A stretch of DNA of 50,523 nucleotides, from assembly GCA_964421865.1 (NCBI GenBank), contig CAYQZH010000003.1, positions 1 through 50,523 on the forward strand, written 5' to 3'. The position numbers were made by a program, and so were the translations under genes. This document shows, piece by piece, positions 44,487-50,523 of this stretch (position 1 is its first letter; each line of letters starts with the position of its first letter). The notes below the pieces were generated by a model. The model saw only the letters and a program-made list of their open reading frames with translations, did not search any database and was not told the origin of the DNA. This DNA is from an uncultured Phycisphaera sp. GTDB taxonomy: Bacteria; Planctomycetota; Phycisphaerae; UBA1845.

Positions 44487-44506
44487 CCCACGGCTCGCGC
44501 CGTGGG
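44487..44506. repeat. REP-like GC palindrome
   Basis: CCCACGGC-TCGC-GCCGTGGG, 8-bp stem. Shares the CCCACGG core with 44355..44374 and 35536..35592. Confidence 0.8.
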
Positions 44507-44628
44507 CGAGGGTTCTGTCGCCGCTGGCGCGGCTCCATTGGTCCTTGGCATGTGGCTACACACGTGTTCTCCCCGCAGGGAGCCGGCATGAGACGCCGCA
44601 ACGACGCTTCGGCCTTTGCGATCGAACG

Positions 44629-47025
44629 ATGACCGTATCCACCATCCCCATTGACGCCTACCGCGAGCGGATGCTGCAATTCCTTCGCGACGGTCGCGGC
44701 TATCAGTTCCTGAGCATCGCCGACCCGTACCTGGTCCATTGTCCCGACGACCACTACATCCGCCTGATGGCCGTCCGAGAGTACCTTGCCTTGAACCTCG
44801 TCGAACCCGCGCGGAGCCTGTTGGACGTGGCGCCGGCGGTGATCGAATTGCCCGCGGAACTGGCGGAGCTTGGCGAATCGCTTCAATCGCTGCCCGGCGC
44901 TGCGATTCTGTGGTCGTCCTTCACCGCTCAGTTCGAGGCCAACCTGACGGCCCTTTCCGATGGCGGCCTGGACGTCACACCAATCCGCGAGACCTGGAGC
45001 CGAGAGCAGCCCCGGTATGGACTCTTTCGCGACCGCAGCAGCGTGTACCAGGTTCGCCGGGACGATGGGAACGGTTCCTGGCAGTGGTTCCCATTCCTGG
45101 GGGACCACCATGCGGTGGATTTCGCCAGAGCCATGCCGGAGGGAATCGGCGACAACATGCCCGGTCCGTTTCTGTTCGAGGGACTGGGGATGGGTTGGTT
45201 CTTCGAGCGTGTCTACCACGCGACGCGCAACACCTTCCTCGGCTATAGCTGCGCCCTCTTCGTCCTTGAGCCGCAACCGGCGTCGCTGGCCGTCGTGCTT
45301 CACTTGCGGGACTGGCGCGAAATCCTCGCCGACGCCCGGGTCTTCGTGTTCGTGGGTCCATCGTGCACGGATCAGCTCGCCCGCGTTTGGGACGAGGATC
45401 ACGACCTCCCCTTCCCCCATCAGGCGTTTACCTGCGGCACGGTTCCAGCGGAAGACTCCCCACGGGCCGTGGAAGTCGTTCAGCAAGCCGCGCGGACGCG
45501 CGAGAATGCGATCCGTGAATCTCGCCGCGACCTGGAGCGTCGCTATGCGGCGCGCACGCTTCCCCATTGGGCGAAACGCCTCGACCAGGCTTTGAATGGG
45601 CGCGGCGAACCGTTGCGAATCCTGGCCGCCGTAAGCACGCACACGACGTTCCTTCAACACTCCATGCGCGACGCCCGCCGGGCCCTTGAAGCACTCGGCC
45701 ATCGCTGCGTGGTGCTGACGGAAAAGACTCCATTTGCCGTCACCGGGCCGTTGACCTATCACAACGCCATCCGCGAGTTCGATCCCGACCTGTTCTTCAT
45801 CCTCGATCACCTCCGCCCCGAGTTCGAGACGATTCTCCCACGAAATCTGCCCATGCTGACCTGGGACCAGGATCAGTTGCCGCACGTCTTCACCAAAGCC
45901 AATCTCGAACGGGTCGCCAAGCATGACTTCGTGGCAGGTTGCTCGAAGTCGCGTTGCTTGACCTTGGGCTGCGATCCGCGGCAGTTCCTCCATGCCCGCG
46001 TCCCAACCTGCCCGGAGCAGTTCGGCGGTGATCCGCTCACCGATGACGAGCGGGCGCGATACACGTGCGATGTCTCCTACGTCAGCCATGCCTCGCAGAC
46101 GCCCCGGGCCTTCCACTTGCAAGAGCGACAAGGCTATGCCCATCCGACGCTCGCCAAACTGCTTGACGAGATGTACGAACAGATGCCCGCGATGTTGGGC
46201 CGATATCGCACCGCGGACATCGGAGTGATGACCACAGTTCTGGCCGAGGGTTGTCGCCGTTGCGGCATTGCCCAGCTTGATCCGGACCTTGAGGCCCGAC
46301 TGCAAGGCTGGTACCTCTGGCGACTCGGCGATCGGCTGTTCCGCCATGAGGCCCTCGAATGGGTCGCCCGTTGGGCGCAACGCACGGGACGGACGTTGCG
46401 CATCTACGGAAACGGGTGGGACAAACACCCGACGCTCTCCGAATTCGCCGCCGGCCCCGCCGACAACGGCCGTGAACTGTTGTGCATCTATCGCGCCTCG
46501 CGGATCAACCTGCAACTCATGCCCGCGGGGTTCATCCACCAGCGCTCGCTCGACGGAATGGCCGCCGGCGGGTTCTTCTTAACCCGGCTGTGTCCCCACG
46601 ATCTACGCGGCACGACGCTCCGCCGCCTCGAAGCCCGCGTCCAAGAATTGCGCATCGCAAGCACGGACGAACTGCTCGGATGTTCGGATGTGGAGCTGCA
46701 AACGCTCCTGCGCGGCTATCTCGGCGATTCGATCCATACGGTGGATCATCACAAGTACGACCTTCTCGGCCAGGTCCGCATGAACGCCGAGCTTCTTTAC
46801 CCCGACGAAGTGTTTCCCGACTTCCGCGAGATCGCCTTCGATTCCGCGGAGGAGTTCGGCGCCGCCGCGGAACGCTTTCTGGCCGACGAGCCTTGCCGCC
46901 GCGCCATTGCCGACCGGATGCACAAGGTCGTCGTCGAACGGTTCAGCTATCGCTCGACGATGGATCACTTCCTCCGCTCTATGGCCGCCTATCTCGCCGA
47001 GATCAGCGCCGAGGCATCGTCCTGA
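44629..47025 (+). CDS. large cytoplasmic protein with CgeB/DUF3880-type glycosyltransferase-like C-terminal half
   Basis: Start placed at MTVSTIPIDAY (ATG 44629). C-terminal RIYGNGWDKHP...YRASRINLQL...QRSLDGMAAGGFFLTR resembles CgeB-family GT1-like domains. The N-half resembles Maf/DUF115-type N-regions (weak). Confidence 0.55.
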   Translation: MTVSTIPIDAYRERMLQFLRDGRGYQFLSIADPYLVHCPDDHYIRLMAVREYLALNLVEPARSLLDVAPAVIELPAELAELGESLQSLPGAAILWSSFTAQFEANLTALSDGGLDVTPIRETWSREQPRYGLFRDRSSVYQVRRDDGNGSWQWFPFLGDHHAVDFARAMPEGIGDNMPGPFLFEGLGMGWFFERVYHATRNTFLGYSCALFVLEPQPASLAVVLHLRDWREILADARVFVFVGPSCTDQLARVWDEDHDLPFPHQAFTCGTVPAEDSPRAVEVVQQAARTRENAIRESRRDLERRYAARTLPHWAKRLDQALNGRGEPLRILAAVSTHTTFLQHSMRDARRALEALGHRCVVLTEKTPFAVTGPLTYHNAIREFDPDLFFILDHLRPEFETILPRNLPMLTWDQDQLPHVFTKANLERVAKHDFVAGCSKSRCLTLGCDPRQFLHARVPTCPEQFGGDPLTDDERARYTCDVSYVSHASQTPRAFHLQERQGYAHPTLAKLLDEMYEQMPAMLGRYRTADIGVMTTVLAEGCRRCGIAQLDPDLEARLQGWYLWRLGDRLFRHEALEWVARWAQRTGRTLRIYGNGWDKHPTLSEFAAGPADNGRELLCIYRASRINLQLMPAGFIHQRSLDGMAAGGFFLTRLCPHDLRGTTLRRLEARVQELRIASTDELLGCSDVELQTLLRGYLGDSIHTVDHHKYDLLGQVRMNAELLYPDEVFPDFREIAFDSAEEFGAAAERFLADEPCRRAIADRMHKVVVERFSYRSTMDHFLRSMAAYLAEISAEASS

Positions 47026-47131
47026 CAAAAGCGACGCCTCCCAGCCGCCGATAACCGTGTGACGGCGCGCGAACGCGCAAGAGTTGCGCGACTCGCTCTA
47101 TCTCCCTGCGGACCGGTCGAATCAGCGTGCG

Positions 47132-48631
47132 ATGAGCGATCTGCCCCTACAGTTTGACGCCCCGGCGTGGCCTGCTTCCGTTGCTTCGGGCGACGCCTGT
47201 GCGGCGGACGCCACGCGCTGGCAAGAGTCGCTGCGCCGCTTCTATGGCCGGGTGCGGCACGGCGTCCGCGACCGGTGGCTCGACTACTATTACGTTCGGA
47301 TTAAGCAGCGCCTCGCGGACATCATCCCGCCCGATAGCCGATTGCTGGACATCGGTTGCGGCACGGGCGACTTGCTGTCCGCGCTGCGGCCTGCAGTCGG
47401 CGTGGGCGTCGATCTCAATGAGGCCATGGTCGAGGAGGCCCAGCGCGGCCACCCCCATCTACGCTTCCTGCACATGCGCGGCGAGGACGTCGAGCAGCTC
47501 AACGAGAAGTTCGACTACGTCGTGCTCTCCCAAACCCTGGGCGAGATTTACGACTTACTGGCTCTGTTCCGCGCGCTCCAATCCGTCTGTCACGCGCGGA
47601 CCCGTCTGGTCGTCGTCCACTACAGTCGCGTGTGGCAGCCTGCCCTGCGATTGATGGAATGGCTCCGTCTCAAGAGTCCCTCACCCGAACAGAACTGGGT
47701 TCCGTCCGACGAAATCATCCATTTGCTGAGACTCTCGGGCTTTGAAACCATACGCCTGTTCGGCATGACCATCGCCCCGCTTTACCTTCCCTGGATATCC
47801 GGGTTGCTGAACCGTTTTGTGGCGAACCTGCCGGGCGTGCATCAGTTCGGACTCAACAATGTGATCGTCGCAAGGTCCGTCGCTCCAACGACCATCGAGG
47901 CCGCTCGACCCCGCAGCGTTTCCATCGTGGTCCCCGCGCGCAATGAGGCCGGTCACATCGCGCCGCTTCTCGAACGGATTCCCGTCCTCGCACCGCAACA
48001 GGAGATTATCTTCGTCGAGGGCGGCAGCACGGATGCGACGTGGTGGGCGATCCAGAGAGCGGCACGCGAATACCACGGTCCTTTCCTCATCAAGACTCTC
48101 CGGCAGTATGGCAAGGGAAAGGGCGATGCAGTTCGTCAAGGCTTCGAGGCCGCCAGCGGAGATGTATTGATGATCCTCGACGCGGATATCAGTGTTCCGC
48201 CTGAGGAATTACCCGCGTTCTATGATGCCCTCGTTCGCGGCCAGGGTGAGTTCATCAACGGTTCGCGGATGGTTTACCTCATGGACCGTAAGGCGATGCG
48301 TTTCCTGAACTTGCTCGCCAACAAAACCTTCGGATGGGTCTTCACCTATCTACTTTCGCAAAGGTTTCGGGACACGCTGTGCGGGACGAAGGTTTTGACC
48401 AAAGCGAACTATGAGCGCATCGCGGCGAACCGCACGCACTTCGGCGACTTTGACCCGTTTGGAGACTTCGACCTCCTGTTCGGTGCGTCCCGGGCCAACC
48501 TCAAAATCGTCGATATCCCTGTTCACTACAAAGCCCGCACCTATGGTGAGACCAATATCTCTCGCTTCCGTCACGGGTGGATGCTTCTTCGGATGTGCGC
48601 CGTCGCCGCCCGCAAACTGAAGTTCGTTTAG
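47132..48631 (+). CDS. bifunctional class I SAM methyltransferase / GT2 glycosyltransferase (polyprenyl-phosphate glycosyltransferase-like)
   Basis: MT motif I LLDIGCGTGDLLSAL. GT2 region VSIVVPARNEAGHI ... MILDADISVPPEE ... FINGSR. The start could instead be TTG 47084. Confidence 0.75.
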   Translation: MSDLPLQFDAPAWPASVASGDACAADATRWQESLRRFYGRVRHGVRDRWLDYYYVRIKQRLADIIPPDSRLLDIGCGTGDLLSALRPAVGVGVDLNEAMVEEAQRGHPHLRFLHMRGEDVEQLNEKFDYVVLSQTLGEIYDLLALFRALQSVCHARTRLVVVHYSRVWQPALRLMEWLRLKSPSPEQNWVPSDEIIHLLRLSGFETIRLFGMTIAPLYLPWISGLLNRFVANLPGVHQFGLNNVIVARSVAPTTIEAARPRSVSIVVPARNEAGHIAPLLERIPVLAPQQEIIFVEGGSTDATWWAIQRAAREYHGPFLIKTLRQYGKGKGDAVRQGFEAASGDVLMILDADISVPPEELPAFYDALVRGQGEFINGSRMVYLMDRKAMRFLNLLANKTFGWVFTYLLSQRFRDTLCGTKVLTKANYERIAANRTHFGDFDPFGDFDLLFGASRANLKIVDIPVHYKARTYGETNISRFRHGWMLLRMCAVAARKLKFV

Positions 48632-48645
48632 ACCGTCGTCCCTTC

Positions 48646-50475
48646 TTAGGGTTCCCGTTGACTGACCACACCATCGCTGGCGTGGAGGGCCAGTCCCTCC
48701 GTCAATGGCGCAATGTAGTCGTGCGTAAGGACGGCGGCCTCGTCTTTTGAGCGGCACTGCCGCAGAGCCGCATCGAAGCTCGCAGCCGCTTCCCTCTCGT
48801 TTCCCCGCGCCCACAAGTATCGGCCACAGAATATCGCTGGGGCGATCAAGGAACGCCCATCGGGAACCTGCTCGTACAGCCACACCAACCCGTTAATCAA
48901 CCGCGCTGCCCCCGGTTCCCCCGGCGGCAGTTCCATGATGAACAGTCCATTGAAGGAGTGAACGCGAGTGTCGGCCGTAGTCGGCGCAGGCGTGGGCAAT
49001 TGGTTGTAACCTAGATACATACGGTCATTGTAGCCGACGATCCAGACCGTGTTGTCCCGTTGCGTCCACTGAGGCGGGTCCAAGGCATCGACGCGTGCGT
49101 TGAGGTCGAGGTTGAGGAACTTCATGTCTTCCCGTCCATACCGCGCTCGACCATACACACCCACATGAAAAGCGGGGGGAACGGTATCCGTCGCCACCGT
49201 TGCAAACGCATCCCCGACGGATGAATGCGTTCTCAGGTAGGTCATCACACCTCGCCAGTCTTGCTTATCGACTGTGGAGAAGCTGCGAACTGAGGCCCGC
49301 GCCATCGGAATAACGAAGACACCCAGAACCCCGATGAAAAGAAACGCCGCGCCGGTTCGTGTGAATTGTAGGCAGAGACGACGCAGCGCGTCTGCGCCGA
49401 CCGCAATACAGGCAAGCACCGGTACCGCGCCCAACAATAGATACTGCGGCTTAGGAATGGCATTACCCAGATGGGCAAAAACAAAGGCATAGACAACGGG
49501 AAACGGAACCACGGTGGCTAAGAAGACTACGACAGCCGGCTCTCCCCCTCGCACGCCTCGGACAAGGAGTACGAGAAGTCCGAAGAGACTGAAAGCCCCC
49601 GCGATCAGGACAAGGTATGCATTCCCAGGTAGCGACGAAAACACCGTCCGCGTAGAGTATCCAAAGAACAAAGCTCTGAAAGACTCAACGAGCTGGGTGG
49701 TCATTCGGCCCGTCACGTCGGTCGGATGGGAGGCCACGGCGCGAAGGCTTCGGTCGAGAACAATCCCAAAGAACGGATTGTACATCGCGTACGCAATGCC
49801 GATGGCCGTTGCAGCCGCCCACAGCTTACTTCTTTCGTTGCAAATGTCCGCAGGCGAGCCGCAGAATCGGACATGCAGGAACGTGCCCAGGGCGTAAACG
49901 ACGATCCCTAGCGTAAGGAAGTGGGGATCCGTCCATCGGGTCATGAGTGCGCAGAAGAGGAGTCCCCCGAACAGGCACCAAGAGAAGAAGGTATGTTGGC
50001 GTCGAGCGTGACCGAACGCAAGCACGGTGGCGAGCGCTAGGAAGAAGAATAGAGCATAGGGTCGCACCTCTTGCGACATGTAAATGTGCAGAGGGCAAAC
50101 GGCGAGCAACACCGCGGCCCCGATACCCGCGAACGCGCCGCCGATTCGGCCTACCCACCATCCCAGAAGGAACACCGACGCGGCGCCGAACACTGCGGCG
50201 GGCAACCGCACCCACCAATCACTGTCCGCTAGTCCCAACCGTGAAAGAAGAGCCCCGATCAGATTATCCAGAGGTGGTTGTCCTTCATCCGCGGCCTTGA
50301 GGATGATTGGGGGGAGCGAAAGCGGATACGTTTCCGCCGTCACCAGCTCATCCATCCACAGGCTCTCCGCATCCAGGCGGTAGAGACGGGCGCTCAATGC
50401 GGCGAGCGTGACGAAGAACAGCGCGGCCAGGAAGAGGTGGCGGCGCGTACTATTTCCATCCGCGGATACATACAT
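48646..50475 (-). CDS. GT-C fold glycosyltransferase (GT39/ArnT/PMT_2-like) with C-terminal periplasmic domain
   Basis: 609 aa. N-terminal ...RLYRLDAESLWMDELVTAETY followed by ~11 hydrophobic segments and a ~200-aa soluble tail. Confidence 0.7.
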   Translation of the reverse strand: MYVSADGNSTRRHLFLAALFFVTLAALSARLYRLDAESLWMDELVTAETYPLSLPPIILKAADEGQPPLDNLIGALLSRLGLADSDWWVRLPAAVFGAASVFLLGWWVGRIGGAFAGIGAAVLLAVCPLHIYMSQEVRPYALFFFLALATVLAFGHARRQHTFFSWCLFGGLLFCALMTRWTDPHFLTLGIVVYALGTFLHVRFCGSPADICNERSKLWAAATAIGIAYAMYNPFFGIVLDRSLRAVASHPTDVTGRMTTQLVESFRALFFGYSTRTVFSSLPGNAYLVLIAGAFSLFGLLVLLVRGVRGGEPAVVVFLATVVPFPVVYAFVFAHLGNAIPKPQYLLLGAVPVLACIAVGADALRRLCLQFTRTGAAFLFIGVLGVFVIPMARASVRSFSTVDKQDWRGVMTYLRTHSSVGDAFATVATDTVPPAFHVGVYGRARYGREDMKFLNLDLNARVDALDPPQWTQRDNTVWIVGYNDRMYLGYNQLPTPAPTTADTRVHSFNGLFIMELPPGEPGAARLINGLVWLYEQVPDGRSLIAPAIFCGRYLWARGNEREAAASFDAALRQCRSKDEAAVLTHDYIAPLTEGLALHASDGVVSQREP

Positions 50476-50523
50476 AGGTCGTCAGTGATTTCGGCCAGAA
50501 TGCAGGCAGGAACTGCGTCGTAT

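Noticed and set aside
44452-46539. 695-aa minus-strand ORF
   Set aside because: It is fully antisense to the well-supported 44629..47025 gene. Its Arg/Gly/Pro/Ala-rich, low-complexity composition is typical of spurious antisense frames in high-GC DNA.

Overview
50.5-kb high-GC segment (about 63-67% in hand-counted samples), apparently chromosomal. The gene content and repeat style fit a Planctomycetota-like bacterium, but that is inference only. Most of the window is housekeeping or envelope genes: SDR epimerase, Tat-signal Fe/Mn SOD, M42-like peptidase, GT1, two paralogous lipoproteins, DUF2752, pilT, methyltransferase, rimO, ilvC, a dapL-type aminotransferase, P5C dehydrogenase and a Cys/Met PLP enzyme. 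There are also secreted peptidases (S8, M14, S9), a heavy-metal RND pump, an ECF sigma/anti-sigma operon and a GT-C/GT2 glycosylation cluster.

The most notable observations, from hand reading of the sequence:
1. A TlpA/ResA-like lipoprotein redoxin is split by the ORF track at one in-frame TGA. The TGA falls on the first Cys of the CxxC motif and a SECIS-like hairpin lies 10 nt downstream, so this is a probable UxxC selenoprotein.
2. A Phd/ParE toxin-antitoxin cassette is flanked by two diverged copies of the ilvC-3'/dapL-5' junction. Their differences are mostly synonymous.
3. Two tandem tail-fibre/adhesin-like genes share a ~90% identical leader module. The second has a low-GC distal half and abuts a truncated argE-like relic.
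4. A low-GC islet carries an SDH-type Clp-fold protease interrupted by a single amber codon.
5. Dockerin-like tails on secreted peptidases lie near a cohesin-like protein.
6. The intergenic DNA, and an in-frame 24-nt insertion in ilvC, carry short repeat families: palindromes with a CCCAC(A)GG core, CAATCGN heptamers and an octamer microsatellite.

No CRISPR array, rRNA, tRNA, reverse transcriptase or prophage structural module was seen. Many long antisense ORFs in the track are GC-driven artefacts.
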